Shown: piece by piece, positions 20,032 to 30,800 of the stretch
Position numbering within the stretch: position 1 is the first letter of the stretch
Layout: the number at the start of each line of letters is the position of its first letter
Source of the DNA: an uncultured Woeseiaceae bacterium
Lineage (GTDB): Bacteria; Pseudomonadota; Gammaproteobacteria; Steroidobacterales; Woeseiaceae
NCBI GenBank assembly: GCA_963976215.1
Contig: CAXBJV010000014.1
Span: forward strand, 6,158-70,157
Length of the DNA stretch: 64,000 bases
Direction: 5' to 3'
Notes under the pieces: generated by a model
What the model was told of the DNA's origin: nothing
The model's input: only the letters and a program-made list of their open reading frames with translations
The model's database searches: none
Program-made: the position numbers and the translations under genes

Positions 20032-20533
20032 CTTCTGGCTGCTCCAGGGTCCGGGCGCCCTTTTGTAGCAGATTTTTCAACTGCACCATTTCGCGCTTGT
20101 TATAGGCCCGGTGCAGCCACTCGTCGCGCACCTCCTGAACAGCGGCCATGGCTTTTTCCGCGACCTTTTTGCCTTTCGGTGTCAGGTGCACACGCTTGCA
20201 GCGCTTATCCCTTTCTCGAACCGAACGGCTCACAAGGCCGCTGGATTCCAGCTGGTGCAGGATTTTCGTTAGTCCGCCGGACGTACAAAGCACAGAACGC
20301 TGTAACTGGGTGGGCAACAAGACATGGGGCTTACCGGAGCGGCATAAGGCGGCAAGGATATCGAATTCGCCGAGGGTCAGGTTCAGGTCGGCGAGCACAT
20401 CGCGCGATCTGGCGATGCCAAACTCATTGACCCGATTCATATAGACGACAAGGTCGACGGTGGGGCTGTACATGTTCGGCCAGTTCTCCTTCATCATCTC
20501 AATGATTTGTTCCGAAGTGATGTTGTCCGCCAT
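20015..20533 (-). CDS. MarR family transcriptional regulator
   Basis: 172 aa with a winged-HTH region (LPTQLQRSVLCTSGGLTKILHQLESSGLVSRSVRERDKR). It is divergent from the RND operon. Confidence 0.85.
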   Translation of the reverse strand: MADNITSEQIIEMMKENWPNMYSPTVDLVVYMNRVNEFGIARSRDVLADLNLTLGEFDILAALCRSGKPHVLLPTQLQRSVLCTSGGLTKILHQLESSGLVSRSVRERDKRCKRVHLTPKGKKVAEKAMAAVQEVRDEWLHRAYNKREMVQLKNLLQKGARTLEQPEASQSF

Positions 20534-20583
20534 TGCTGTAAATCCCGCCAGGAAGTTGCGCTAAAGTATAGCTTCGAAATATT

Positions 20584-20630
20584 TATCTTGCAAGATAGAT
20601 AAAATCCCCCTAAGATTATCTTTCCAGATA
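20584..20630. promoter_or_regulatory. Two candidate MarR operators in the divergent promoter region
   Basis: TATCTTGCAAGATA (20584-20597) is a perfect 14-bp palindrome. TATCTTTCCAGATA (20617-20630) is a near copy. Both are followed by GAT(A/T)A, and the two starts are 33 bp apart. Confidence 0.45.
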
Positions 20631-20638
20631 GATTATTG

Positions 20639-21865
20639 ATGCGCGGCCCCACCATGAAAACCACCAGAACCCCCCAGAAAACCGGAATCGTCCCTGTTGC
20701 AGGTGCAATTTTTGTCCCGCTGATGGCGTTGTTGCTATCCGCGTGCGGGTCTTCGAACTCATCCGCGGCGCCCGCGAGCGCCCAGCAGGCGGCACCGGCC
20801 CCGCAAGTGGGGATCCACGAAGTCAGACCGCAAACACTGACCGTTAGCTCGGAGCTGGCGGGCCGTACGTCGACGTATCTCATCGCTGAGGTACGCCCGC
20901 AGGTAAGCGGCATCATCATTGAGCGTCCGTTCCGCGAAGGCGGCGATGTTGAAGCGGGTGATGTGCTGTACCAGATCGACTCATCAACATACCAGGCCGC
21001 TTACGACAGTGCCGCGGCCACCCTTGCCCGCGACGAAGCACTACTGGCTGCGGCGCGCCTCAAGGCTGAGCGCTACGCGGAGCTGGTAAAGATCAATGCC
21101 GTCAGCCAGGAGGGCAATGATGACGCAACGGCCGCCCTGAAGCAGGCGGAGGCCGTGGTGGCAATGGATAAGGCGGCGCTGCAAACCGCGCGCATCAATC
21201 TCGCCTACACGCGTGTCACTGCACCCATCAGCGGCCGCATCGGGCGCTCCTCGGTCACGCAAGGCGCACTCGTCACTGCCAATCAGGCGACAGCGCTGGC
21301 AACGATTCGCCAACTCGATCCAATGTATGTCGACGTTACCCAGTCCAGCGCTGAACTGCTGCGCCTGAAGCGAGCGCTTGGCAACGGCGACGTGCAGCGA
21401 CCGGATGAGCTGTCGGCGGAAGTACAACTGATTCTCGAAGACGGCAGCCTGTATGCCCACAAAGGCACACTGGAGTTCTCGGAAGTAACCGTCGACGAGA
21501 GCACTGGTTCCGTCACGCTGCGCGCGCTATTCCCGAATCCGGAACAGGAACTGCTGCCCGGCATGTTCGTACGCGCGCAAGTACAGGAGGGCGTTACTGA
21601 AAACGCCATGCTGGTGCCGCAGATGGCCGTGACGCGTGATAACACGGGTAATGCCAGCGTGATGGTCCTGAACGACGGCGACCAGGTCGAACAGCGTCCG
21701 GTCGATATCGCGCGCGCGGTTGGCAATCAATGGTTGGTGCGCAATGGCCTGGACACAGGTGACCGTGTAATCGTGGATGGGCTGCAAAAGGTCAGGCCTG
21801 GCGTTCAGGCCAGTGCCGTGCTGCTTACAGCCAGCAACGACGACGACACCCTCATCGCACAATAA
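20639..21865 (+). CDS. RND efflux periplasmic adaptor (AcrA/MexA-like lipoprotein)
   Basis: Lipobox LLLSAC and a hairpin coiled-coil region. The start is ambiguous (TTG 20636, ATG 20639, ATG 20654). Confidence 0.9.
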   Translation: MRGPTMKTTRTPQKTGIVPVAGAIFVPLMALLLSACGSSNSSAAPASAQQAAPAPQVGIHEVRPQTLTVSSELAGRTSTYLIAEVRPQVSGIIIERPFREGGDVEAGDVLYQIDSSTYQAAYDSAAATLARDEALLAAARLKAERYAELVKINAVSQEGNDDATAALKQAEAVVAMDKAALQTARINLAYTRVTAPISGRIGRSSVTQGALVTANQATALATIRQLDPMYVDVTQSSAELLRLKRALGNGDVQRPDELSAEVQLILEDGSLYAHKGTLEFSEVTVDESTGSVTLRALFPNPEQELLPGMFVRAQVQEGVTENAMLVPQMAVTRDNTGNASVMVLNDGDQVEQRPVDIARAVGNQWLVRNGLDTGDRVIVDGLQKVRPGVQASAVLLTASNDDDTLIAQ

Positions 21866-21889
21866 ACTGTACCCGAAAGGACGCTGAGC

Positions 21890-24800
21890 ATGGCTCGATT
21901 CTTCATTGATCGCCCGGTCTTCGCCTGGGTTATCGCTATTGCCATCATGCTGGCGGGCGCATTGTCCATCATTGCGCTGCCGGTGGCACAGTACCCGCCG
22001 ATCGCTTCACCGCAGATCAGTATCACGGCGAGTTACCCGGGCGCTTCGGCGCAGGCGGTGCAGGACACGGTTGTGCAGGTCATCGAACAGCAGATGTCCG
22101 GACTCGACGGCCTGCGCTACATGTCGTCGACCAGTGAGTCGACCGGCACCGGTACCGTTACCCTGACCTTTGACAACAGCACCGACCCGGACGTTGCACA
22201 GGTTCAGGTGCAAAACAAATTGCAGCTGGCCGTTCCCCAGTTGCCGAGCGAAGTGCAGGCGCAGGGCATGCGCGTGGCGAAGTCCGTGCGTAACTTCATG
22301 CTGGTGGTTGGACTGGTATCCCCAAACGGAACTTACGATGACGGAGCGCTGGGCGACTATCTGACCAGCCGTATCCAGGATCCGATCAGCCGGCTACAAG
22401 GTGTCGGCGAAGTAACCTCCTTCAGTTCGCAGTACGCCATGCGCATCTGGCTGGATCCGGCCGGGCTGCACCAATACGGCCTCGTGCCGAGCGACGTGAC
22501 AGCCGCTATCCAGGCACAAAATGCCCAGGTGTCGGCCGGGCAACTCGGTGCAACGCCGGCGGTTCCGGGACAGCAGCTCAATGCGACCATACGGGTACAA
22601 AGCCGCCTCAATACATCGGAGCAGTTCGAAAATATCCTGTTGCGTACCAGTGCCGACGGTGCGCGCGTCTACTTGCGCGACGTCGCACGGGTAACGCTGG
22701 GCAACGAAACCTATGGCAGGCTGGCACGCCACAATGGCCGCCCGGCTGCCGCTATGGCGGTTCGTCTCGCTACCGGCGCTAATGCACTCGAAACAGCCGA
22801 TGCGGTACGCGCAAAACTCGATGAGATGTCGCAGTTCTTCCCGGCAGACATGGAGGTCATTTACCCCTATGACACCACGCCGTTCGTGCGTATTTCAATT
22901 GGCGAGGTCGTCAAAACCCTGATCGAGGCCGTCGTCCTTGTTTTCCTGGTGATGTACCTGTTCCTGCAAAATCTTCGCGCTACCCTGATCCCGACACTGG
23001 CCGTGCCCGTGGTGCTTCTCGGTACTTTCGGCGTGCTCGCTGCGTTCGGCTATTCGATTAACACCCTGACGATGTTTGCCATGGTGCTCGCCATCGGCCT
23101 GTTGGTGGACGACGCCATCGTCGTGGTGGAAAACGTCGAACGCGTCATGCGAGAAGATGGCTCGACGCCGCGCGACGCGACCCGCAAGTCGATGGGCCAG
23201 ATCACTGGTGCCTTGATCGGTATCGCGCTGGTGTTGTCGGCGGTATTCGTGCCCATGGCATTTTTCGGTGGCTCGACCGGCGTCATCTATCGTCAGTTCT
23301 CAATTACCATCGTCTCCGCGATGCTGCTGTCGGTGGTCGTCGCGCTGGTGTTCACGCCAGCGTTGTGTGCAACCATGCTGAAGCCGATCGACGGCGAAAA
23401 GCACGCCGCGGGCAACCGCTTTTTTGCCAGATTCAATCGTGGTTTCGACGCTGCTCGGGACGGCTATCTTGCAATAGTGGGGCGCATGCTCATGCGCCGA
23501 CGCCGCTCGCTGTTCGTGTATGGCCTGTTAGTGGCCGTCATGGCAGTACTGTTCATGCGTACACCCACTGCTTTCCTCCCGGACGAGGACCAGGGCATCC
23601 TGATCAACCAGATCGTGCTGCCGGCGGGTGCGACGCAGGAGCAAACGGTTTCAGTCATCGAGAAAGTCGAGAGACACTTCCTGAACGATCCCGCCGTGGA
23701 GCAGATGATGGCGGTGGCCGGGTTCAGTTTTGCCGGTAGCGGACAGAACATGGCGATTGCGTTCGTTCGCCTGAAAGACTGGGATGACAGGCAAAGCCCC
23801 GAGCTCAGTGTTACTGCTGTGGCCGGTCGGGCGATGCAGGCATTCAGCCAGATCCGGGATGCGCAGGTCTTCTCGTTCGCGCCGCCCGCGGTCATGGAAC
23901 TGGGCACGGCTAATGGCTTTGACCTGTATTTGCAGGACCAGGCTAACGTTGGCCACGACAAGCTCATGCAGGCACGCAACCAGCTGCTCGGCATGGCCGC
24001 GCAGGATGCACGACTCGTCGGTGTACGTCCGAACGGCCTCAATGACACACCGCAATTACAGGTGAATGTCGATCACACCCGGGCGGGAGCCTTGGGTCTG
24101 TCGGTTGCTGATATAAACGCCGGCCTTTCCAGTGCATGGGGAAGCGCCTACGTTGACGACTTCGTGCACGAGGGCCGTGTGAAGAAGGTTTACATGCAGG
24201 CCGATGCGCCGTTCCGCATGCTGCCCGAGCATCTCAACGACTGGTGGGTAGAAAACAGCGCCGGCGACATGGTGTCTTTCCCGGCATTTGCCGATGCTGA
24301 ATGGAGCTCCGGGTCGCCGCGTCTCGAGCGCTACAACGGCCTCCCGGCACTGCAGATTAACGGCGCGGCCGCCCCGGGCGTAAGTTCGGGTGAGGCTATG
24401 GCGACGATGGAAAACCTGATTGCCCAACTGCCGGAAGGGGTCGGTTTGAGTTGGACCGGGCTGTCGCTTGAAGAACGCCTGGCCAGCGGTCAGGCTCCGG
24501 CTTTGTATGCATTGTCTATCCTGGTGGTGTTCCTGGCGCTGGCGGCGCTGTATGAAAGCTGGTCGGTCCCGTTCTCGGTGATGCTGGTGGTGCCGCTGGG
24601 TATTTTCGGTGCGGTGCTCGCGACCACATTGCGCGGCTTTCCAAACGACATCTATTTCCAGGTTGGCTTATTGACCACTATCGGCCTCGCGTCGAAAAAC
24701 GCCATCCTGATTGTCGAGTTTGCCAAGACCCTCAGCGAACAGGGCCGCGGGTTCGCAGAAGCGGCTGTTGAAGCGGCGCGCATGCGACTGCGACCGATCA

Positions 24801-25033
24801 TCATGACCTCACTGGCATTCGGCTTCGGCGTATTGCCGCTGGCGATCAGCAGCGGTGCCGGGTCGGGCAGTCAGAACGCCATCGGCACCGGTGTGCTCGG
24901 TGGCATGCTGGCGGCGACTCTGCTGGGCATTTTCTTTGTGCCGCTGTTCTTCGTGCTGGTGTTGAAGCCTTTCTCCCGCACACGAGCGGATGCCGCGGCA
25001 CTGCCCGGTCATCCTGTCACGCAAGAGGGCTAA
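21890..25033 (+). CDS. RND multidrug efflux permease (AcrB/MexB-like)
   Basis: 1047 aa. N-terminus [17 protein letters not shown], typical of the HAE1 family. Confidence 0.95.
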   Translation: MARFFIDRPVFAWVIAIAIMLAGALSIIALPVAQYPPIASPQISITASYPGASAQAVQDTVVQVIEQQMSGLDGLRYMSSTSESTGTGTVTLTFDNSTDPDVAQVQVQNKLQLAVPQLPSEVQAQGMRVAKSVRNFMLVVGLVSPNGTYDDGALGDYLTSRIQDPISRLQGVGEVTSFSSQYAMRIWLDPAGLHQYGLVPSDVTAAIQAQNAQVSAGQLGATPAVPGQQLNATIRVQSRLNTSEQFENILLRTSADGARVYLRDVARVTLGNETYGRLARHNGRPAAAMAVRLATGANALETADAVRAKLDEMSQFFPADMEVIYPYDTTPFVRISIGEVVKTLIEAVVLVFLVMYLFLQNLRATLIPTLAVPVVLLGTFGVLAAFGYSINTLTMFAMVLAIGLLVDDAIVVVENVERVMREDGSTPRDATRKSMGQITGALIGIALVLSAVFVPMAFFGGSTGVIYRQFSITIVSAMLLSVVVALVFTPALCATMLKPIDGEKHAAGNRFFARFNRGFDAARDGYLAIVGRMLMRRRRSLFVYGLLVAVMAVLFMRTPTAFLPDEDQGILINQIVLPAGATQEQTVSVIEKVERHFLNDPAVEQMMAVAGFSFAGSGQNMAIAFVRLKDWDDRQSPELSVTAVAGRAMQAFSQIRDAQVFSFAPPAVMELGTANGFDLYLQDQANVGHDKLMQARNQLLGMAAQDARLVGVRPNGLNDTPQLQVNVDHTRAGALGLSVADINAGLSSAWGSAYVDDFVHEGRVKKVYMQADAPFRMLPEHLNDWWVENSAGDMVSFPAFADAEWSSGSPRLERYNGLPALQINGAAAPGVSSGEAMATMENLIAQLPEGVGLSWTGLSLEERLASGQAPALYALSILVVFLALAALYESWSVPFSVMLVVPLGIFGAVLATTLRGFPNDIYFQVGLLTTIGLASKNAILIVEFAKTLSEQGRGFAEAAVEAARMRLRPIIMTSLAFGFGVLPLAISSGAGSGSQNAIGTGVLGGMLAATLLGIFFVPLFFVLVLKPFSRTRADAAALPGHPVTQEG

Positions 25034-25036
25034 CGC

Positions 25037-26452
25037 ATGCGTACCATCAGTAATCTTGCCGTAACCACGCTGACCCTTTTGCTGCTTGGCGGATGTGCCA
25101 GCATGGCACCGGACTATGAGCGACCGGCGGCACCGGTTCCGGAGAGTTGGCCCGCAGAAATCTCAGACACTCCCGAAGTGCCGGGTGCGGTTGCGGCGAT
25201 CGACCTCGACTGGCGCGACTACTTCAATGACGCCACTCTGCAACAGCTTATCGAGCTGGCGCTCGAGAACAATCGCGACCTGCGGGTGTCGGCACTCAAT
25301 ATCGAAAAGGCGCGCGCGCAGTATCGTATCCAGCGTGCCGACCTGCTGCCCGCCTTCGAGGCCAGCGCGGCGAGCAATGCGCAGCGTACGGTATCCGCAT
25401 TGCCGGGATCCACGGGCACGTTCACCAGTCACACCTACGGTGTGGACCTCGGTTTCTCTGCCTGGGAACTCGACCTGTTCGGGCGGTTGCGCAGTCTCAA
25501 GGACCAGTCACTCGAACAGTTCCTGGCCACTACGCAGGCCGCTCACAGTACCCAAATCAGCCTGATAGCCGAGGTCGCTGCCGCCTACCTGACCTGGAGT
25601 TCGGATGCCGAACGTTTGCGGCTTGCGCAGGAAACCCTGGCGAGCCAGAGCACGTCCTACGAACTTACACAACGTAGTTTCGAGGTGGGCGTGGCATCGG
25701 AGCTGGATGCTCGTCAGGCGCAAACCAGCGTCGATGCGGCGCGTGTTGATGTGGCTGTGTTCACCGCCCAGGTAGCGCAGGATCGCAACGCCCTTGCCGT
25801 ATTGCTCGGTACGCCGGTTCCGGCCGACCTGCAGCCAGCGGAGCCGGAGCAACTTGCCTCGGCAATTGCAGAACTGGCGGTTGGGATTCCCGGCGAAGTA
25901 TTGTTACGCCGCCCGGATGTGCTGCAGGCGGAACACGAATTGCGTGCCGCCAATGCCAACATCGGCGCAGCGCGTGCCGCTTTTTTCCCGAGCGTTACCC
26001 TCACGGCGAGCACCGGAACGGGCAGCGAAAGCCTCTCCGGGCTGTTCGAATCCGGATCGCGAACCTGGAGCTTCTTGCCGCAGCTGACGCTGCCGATCTT
26101 CAATGCGGGCAGTAACCGGGCAAACCTGCGGGTCACCAAGGTGGAACGTGACATCATGGTGGCGCAATACGAGCAGACTATTCAGACAGCATTTCGTGAA
26201 GTCGCTGATGCTCTGGCGGTGCGTAGTACTATCGGCACTCAGCTTGACGCGCAACGGTCATTGTCGGAAGCCACCGAAGTGACCTACCAGCTATCCGAGG
26301 CACGTTACCGCCGCGGCATCGACAGCTACCTCAGCGTGCTCGATGCGCAGCGTGCGCTATATGGTGCGCAGCAGGCACTGATTACAACGCAATTATCGCA
26401 AATGACCAATCTCGTGACGCTGTACAAGGTGCTTGGTGGCGGACTGCGTTAG
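25037..26452 (+). CDS. Outer-membrane factor lipoprotein (OprM/NodT family)
   Basis: 471 aa with lipobox LLGGC. It is the last gene of the RND operon. Confidence 0.9.
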   Translation: MRTISNLAVTTLTLLLLGGCASMAPDYERPAAPVPESWPAEISDTPEVPGAVAAIDLDWRDYFNDATLQQLIELALENNRDLRVSALNIEKARAQYRIQRADLLPAFEASAASNAQRTVSALPGSTGTFTSHTYGVDLGFSAWELDLFGRLRSLKDQSLEQFLATTQAAHSTQISLIAEVAAAYLTWSSDAERLRLAQETLASQSTSYELTQRSFEVGVASELDARQAQTSVDAARVDVAVFTAQVAQDRNALAVLLGTPVPADLQPAEPEQLASAIAELAVGIPGEVLLRRPDVLQAEHELRAANANIGAARAAFFPSVTLTASTGTGSESLSGLFESGSRTWSFLPQLTLPIFNAGSNRANLRVTKVERDIMVAQYEQTIQTAFREVADALAVRSTIGTQLDAQRSLSEATEVTYQLSEARYRRGIDSYLSVLDAQRALYGAQQALITTQLSQMTNLVTLYKVLGGGLR

Positions 26453-26461
26453 CGGTTTTCT

Positions 26462-27382
26462 TTAACGCAACTTACGCCACGAGGCATCCTGATCCACCGG
26501 CTGACCGGGTAACGTTCGCAAGTAGGCGAGCAAGTCGTCAAGTTCGTCGTCGCTGAAGTTTGCAAATCGGTCCCTCGCAATCGTGCTCATCAGCTCGAGA
26601 TTTTTTCGCCCACCAATGGCCACACCCGTTTTCATGAGGTGGCGAAAGTCAGCGTCAGAATAGGCCGTCACGATCGCAAGGTCCGGCGTACCGAAGTCGA
26701 TATCGATCTGACCGCGTAAGTCGAATCCATGACACTCATTGCAAGTAGTCTTGGCGAGGTACTCGCCGCGAACGAGTTGCGGGTCGTCGCCCTCGCCCAA
26801 CAGCAGCGGCGGCATGCGGTCTGCCCATTCGGCCATGTGTTGTGCTTCGCCGCGGACAATACGCATTCGCGCATCCCAGCCAAGGTCAGGTTCCGGGAGT
26901 GCTTTTTCAACGACAGGCGCCGACCGCAGAAACGCGATAAGTGCCGTCATGTCTTCGTCACTTAACAAAGCGTAATTGTAGGAAGGCATCGACCAAAGCG
27001 CTTTGCCTTCATGACCTATGCCCTGCCGCACAGCGGCTTCAATGGTTGAGGCATCGTGTTCCCGGGCGTATTGGGCAAGATTTGGTGCTACGGCGGTAGC
27101 AACCCAGACCCACTCATCGGAGAAGTCGACCCCTTCGAGTTGTTGTCCGTGGCAGCCGAAGCAACCGCGCGTACGTGCAACATGCTTTCCTGCCTCGACA
27201 ATAGCGGTGTCGGCCGTGTCTACGTAGGTAAACCCTTCATTAACGACGACGTCTTTAAGGTACGTCTCGCTGGCAATGTGCACGTATAGATAAAAACCGC
27301 CGACCGCGAGCAGTACACCAAGTAGCAGGGCCAGAAGCCCGCGTTTCACGATAGCCAGTCTAGTCGTCCGCCTGGTATTCAA
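26462..27382 (-). CDS. Membrane-anchored dihaem c-type cytochrome
   Basis: 306 aa with an N-terminal TM segment and two CxxCH motifs (CFGCH, CNECH). Confidence 0.75.
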   Translation of the reverse strand: MNTRRTTRLAIVKRGLLALLLGVLLAVGGFYLYVHIASETYLKDVVVNEGFTYVDTADTAIVEAGKHVARTRGCFGCHGQQLEGVDFSDEWVWVATAVAPNLAQYAREHDASTIEAAVRQGIGHEGKALWSMPSYNYALLSDEDMTALIAFLRSAPVVEKALPEPDLGWDARMRIVRGEAQHMAEWADRMPPLLLGEGDDPQLVRGEYLAKTTCNECHGFDLRGQIDIDFGTPDLAIVTAYSDADFRHLMKTGVAIGGRKNLELMSTIARDRFANFSDDELDDLLAYLRTLPGQPVDQDASWRKLR

Positions 27383-27569
27383 GAATGTCCCCCGGTTGGC
27401 AATTCAGGGTTCGGCAAATCTTTTCGAGTGTTGAGAACCGCACGCCTTTTACCTTGCCGGTACGAAGCAGGGACAAATTCTGCTCTGTAATACCGACCTC
27501 CGACGCGAGCGTTTTCCCCTTCATTTTACGCTTCGCGAGCATCACGTCCAAATTCACCTGGATTGGCAT
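27360..27569 (-). CDS. Small Cro/C1 (XRE)-type HTH regulator, YozG-like
   Basis: 69 aa: MLAKRKMKGKTLASEVGITEQNLSLLRTGKVKGVRFSTLEKIC. Confidence 0.85.
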   Translation of the reverse strand: MPIQVNLDVMLAKRKMKGKTLASEVGITEQNLSLLRTGKVKGVRFSTLEKICRTLNCQPGDILEYQADD

Positions 27570-27578
27570 CGCCGTAGT

Positions 27579-28100
27579 CTATACGAACTGCTGATTTTCG
27601 GTTTGCAGTCTGCATCCTTCGACCAGGAGATTGCTTATCACCCAAAGAACCAGCGCTACGCCCACGGCCCGAAACTCATTGCTATTAAACGAAACAGAAA
27701 GCACTTTCTGACCGGCCGGATGATGCAATGACAACAACACGCTTGACGCCATGAAGTGCACCGGCGTCGCGATTGCCTGTACCAGCAACAGAATCGAGAA
27801 GCGGCGGAGATCGCGGCTATTGTGCATGTTGAAGAACTCCCCTCTGGCAAAGTTTACGAACGCGCGGCGCAGGAAGTACAGGGCGGCCAGGCCGATCGAT
27901 AGATACATCGCGGTCAATCCCCAGAAGGCATACCACTGGCCATCGGAAACCGTTTGCCAGCGTATCGGCAGCCCCATGCTGTGGCGGACGAAGTCGGCGA
28001 GGGATGCCAGGTCGGTGAGGAAGTACAGGGCAAAAAGGGGCACAAGGACCAATAGCGCCGTGCAGGACCAGGCGATCACGAGCGATAGGCGATTCGTCAT
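27579..28100 (-). CDS. DUF2975-like four-TM membrane protein
   Basis: I chose the internal ATG at 28100 (MTNRLSLVIAWSC...), giving 173 aa. Pairing with a YozG-like HTH gene downstream is a recurrent arrangement. Confidence 0.7.
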   Translation of the reverse strand: MTNRLSLVIAWSCTALLVLVPLFALYFLTDLASLADFVRHSMGLPIRWQTVSDGQWYAFWGLTAMYLSIGLAALYFLRRAFVNFARGEFFNMHNSRDLRRFSILLLVQAIATPVHFMASSVLLSLHHPAGQKVLSVSFNSNEFRAVGVALVLWVISNLLVEGCRLQTENQQFV

Positions 28101-28178
28101 AAAAAGACCTCTTGAAATACTTGTTATAGATATATAAATTAATGTAAAACAGTAAGAACTGCAAGGAGCACTACCACG

Positions 28179-28526
28179 ATGAAAATACGCTTCCTGGCCA
28201 GAGTGGCCATTCTCACCTGTCTTTTTGGGCTTCACGATACGGCGACCGCGCTGACGACCGAGCAATTCGGCGCAATCTGCGATGCGGGCGAAATGGAGTG
28301 CGGCAAACACCCTGTCTTGAATGCCTACGTCGGTGGTGCGCTGGATCTCATCGCGGTCCTGGATGAGCAGACCGACTATTTGGGCGATGTGTATTGCGGC
28401 AGGCCCGACAAACTGTTCGACGTGCCGGCAATCATTGCCTATATCGTGGCGCACCGGGATTCGCACGCAGATAAAAATGCGATGCTGCTACTCGTGCGAT
28501 ACCTGGAGGAAAATGGCGGCTGTTAG
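28179..28526 (+). CDS. Small secreted cysteine-containing protein (possibly Rap1a/Tai4-like fold)
   Basis: 115 aa with a signal peptide ending TATA. The mature chain is about 91 aa with 4 Cys. The motif [14 protein letters not shown] recalls the C..Y..G..D pattern of the Rap1a family, but the family call is weak. Confidence 0.5.
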   Translation: MKIRFLARVAILTCLFGLHDTATALTTEQFGAICDAGEMECGKHPVLNAYVGGALDLIAVLDEQTDYLGDVYCGRPDKLFDVPAIIAYIVAHRDSHADKNAMLLLVRYLEENGGC

Positions 28527-28686
28527 CCAATCTGCATCTGTTGCCCCCGAGGCCAGATCGACCCGTAACGCCGCCGCAGATTGCCAGAAAGCAGCCAGTC
28601 GACAACGCCGGTCGAGCGTCACCTAGCCGCCAAAGGGCCGCCGGGCCTGTGTTTCCGCGGTTGACTGCATGCGCCCCTTCAAAAAC

Positions 28687-28722
28687 GATACACATTTCTC
28701 ACAATATCGACAATAATGTATC
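28687..28722. promoter_or_regulatory. Candidate PaaX operator upstream of paaA
   Basis: GATACA (28687-28692), a 24-nt spacer, then TGTATC (28717-28722). It ends 35 nt upstream of the paaA ATG. Confidence 0.4.
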
Positions 28723-28756
28723 ACTACCACACACAGGGCCGACCAGGGCGTTACCG

Positions 28757-29713
28757 ATGACCGAATTCACCAAAAGCGCGGCGGAGCTGGAAGCGGCTTT
28801 CGATGCGCGTATCCAGGCTGAGCAAAAGATCGAGCCCAAGGACTGGATGCCCGAAAAATACCGCAAGAACCTGATACGACAGATGTCGCAGCATGCGCAT
28901 TCCGAAGTCATCGGCATGCAGCCGGAAGGCAACTGGATATCGCGTGCACCGAACCTGCGTCGAAAGATGGTCTTGCTGGCCAAGGTTCAGGATGAGGGCG
29001 GTCATGGACTGTACTTGTACAGCGCCACCGAAACACTCGGCATCACGCGTGAAGAATTGATCGACGCACTGCACGAAGGCAAAGCCAAATACGCTTCAAT
29101 TTTCAACTATCCATCGCTGACCTGGGCCGATGTCGGCACCATCGGCTGGCTCGTCGACGGTGCGGCCATCGTCAACCAGATATCACTGCAGCGCACCTCG
29201 TACGGGCCGTACTCGCGGGCGATGATCCGTATCTGCAAGGAAGAAAGTTTTCATCAGCGCCAGGGTTACGAATCGCTGATGGTGCTCGCCAAGGGCAGCC
29301 CGGAACAAAAAGCAATGGCGCAGGATGCGCTGAATCGATGGTGGTGGCCGTCGCTGATGATGTTCGGACCGCACGACGCCGAATCGGCGCACAGCGCGCA
29401 ATCAATGAAATGGAAAATCAAACGCAAGAGTAACGACGAGTTACGCCAGGCATTCGTCGACCAGACCGTTCCGCAGGCCGAGTACCTGGGGCTGAAAGTG
29501 CCGGACCCGGACCTGCAATGGAATGACGACCGAGGCCACTACGATTTTGGTGAAATCGACTGGAATGAATTCTACGAGGTGATTAACGGCAACGGCATGT
29601 GCAATCGCCAGCGCATCGAACATCACAAGCGCGTGCATGACGAAGGTCGCTGGGTACGCGAAGCGCGACGCGCTTATGAGGCGAAAAAGCGCGATAGACA
29701 GGAGGTGGCGTAA
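28757..29713 (+). CDS. paaA: 1,2-phenylacetyl-CoA epoxidase catalytic subunit A
   Basis: Start at [12 protein letters not shown], giving 318 aa. Di-iron motifs are present ([19 protein letters not shown]). Confidence 0.95.
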   Translation: MTEFTKSAAELEAAFDARIQAEQKIEPKDWMPEKYRKNLIRQMSQHAHSEVIGMQPEGNWISRAPNLRRKMVLLAKVQDEGGHGLYLYSATETLGITREELIDALHEGKAKYASIFNYPSLTWADVGTIGWLVDGAAIVNQISLQRTSYGPYSRAMIRICKEESFHQRQGYESLMVLAKGSPEQKAMAQDALNRWWWPSLMMFGPHDAESAHSAQSMKWKIKRKSNDELRQAFVDQTVPQAEYLGLKVPDPDLQWNDDRGHYDFGEIDWNEFYEVINGNGMCNRQRIEHHKRVHDEGRWVREARRAYEAKKRDRQEVA

Positions 29714-30003
29714 TGAGCAAAGAGAAATTCCTGCCGCTGTTTGAAGTGTTCGTGCGCTCCAAGCGCGGGCTCGATCACAAGCACGTTGGCAGCCTGCACG
29801 CGGAAGATGCCGAACAGGCGCTCGAATATGCGCGCGATTGCTACACCCGACGCAGTGAAGGCGTCAGCCTCTGGGTCGTAAATTCGAAAGATATTGTTTC
29901 TTCGCAGGAAGAAGACGCTGCGAGTTTTTACGATCCGATGGAAGACAAGCCCTATCGCCACGCCACTCACTACGAGTTGCCGGAAGCCGTCAAAAATATG
30001 TGA
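29713..30003 (+). CDS. paaB: 1,2-phenylacetyl-CoA epoxidase subunit B
   Basis: 96 aa with FEVFVRSKRGLDHKHVGSLHA. Confidence 0.95.
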   Translation: MSKEKFLPLFEVFVRSKRGLDHKHVGSLHAEDAEQALEYARDCYTRRSEGVSLWVVNSKDIVSSQEEDAASFYDPMEDKPYRHATHYELPEAVKNM

Positions 30004-30036
30004 TGCAGCGACGCTGCATCGCTTTGGGAGCAAAAC

Positions 30037-30798
30037 TTGACTGACACCCAACAACATTTGATCGACTACACCATTGCCCAGGGTGACGATGCTTTGATAT
30101 TCGGGCAGCGATTATCGGAGTGGTGTTACCACGCGCCGTTCCTTGAGGAAGATCTTGCGATTGCAAACGTAGCACTGGATTTCATCGGCCGCGCGCAGAT
30201 GTTCTACGACTACGCGGTTGAACTCGAAGGCAACAAGCGCACGCCGGACGACATCGCTTTCCTGCGCGACACGCGCGAATTTCGCAACCTGTTGATACTT
30301 GAGCTGCCCATTGGTGACTTTGGTTTCACAATCGCGCGACAGTTCATCATCGATGCGTTCAATATCGAATACCTCGAACTTATGACGGCTTCAACCGATG
30401 CACGATTGGCTGCCATCGCAGCAAAGTCCATTAAAGAGAGTCGTTATCACCTGCGCCGCAGCCAGGACTGGGTGCGACGCCTCGGCGATGGCACCGAGGA
30501 GAGCCACCAGCGCATCCAGAAGGGTTTCAATGAACTGTGGGGTTACACCGGTGAATTATTCGCGATGACGCCTGCGGAAGAGGCCTTGCTGGCTGATGGC
30601 ATTGTCGTCGACCGAGAACAGCTGCGCGATGAATGGCTGCGAAAAATGCAGGCAACTTTGCAGCAGGCGACGCTGACTGTGCCCGAAGACGAATGGCAGT
30701 CGACCGGCGGTCGAAGCGGTGTGCATACCGAACATCATGGTCACCTGCTTGCCGAAATGCAGTTTCTGCAGCGCGCGTATCCGGGGCTTGAGTGGTAA
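30037..30798 (+). CDS. paaC: 1,2-phenylacetyl-CoA epoxidase subunit C
   Basis: 253 aa with a TTG start. Ferritin-like helical protein in the paaC position. Confidence 0.9.
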   Translation: MTDTQQHLIDYTIAQGDDALIFGQRLSEWCYHAPFLEEDLAIANVALDFIGRAQMFYDYAVELEGNKRTPDDIAFLRDTREFRNLLILELPIGDFGFTIARQFIIDAFNIEYLELMTASTDARLAAIAAKSIKESRYHLRRSQDWVRRLGDGTEESHQRIQKGFNELWGYTGELFAMTPAEEALLADGIVVDREQLRDEWLRKMQATLQQATLTVPEDEWQSTGGRSGVHTEHHGHLLAEMQFLQRAYPGLEW

Positions 30799-30800
30799 GC

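Noticed and set aside
28101-28466. N-terminal extension of the DUF2975 ORF (full ORF 27579-28466).
   Set aside because: The extension runs antisense through the 28179-28526 gene and has a non-protein-like sequence. The internal ATG at 28100 begins directly with the first TM helix.
28541-28756. 72-codon N-terminal extension of paaA. Similar upstream extensions occur on coxB (to 58986), the bioC-like gene (to 60092), the iorB-like gene (from 50061), the tatA ORF (to 7041) and the 61021-61743 ORF.
   Set aside because: The extensions are Pro/Arg-rich, overlap neighbouring genes or promoter elements, and are absent from the family N-termini that I recognise. Internal starts give canonical lengths.
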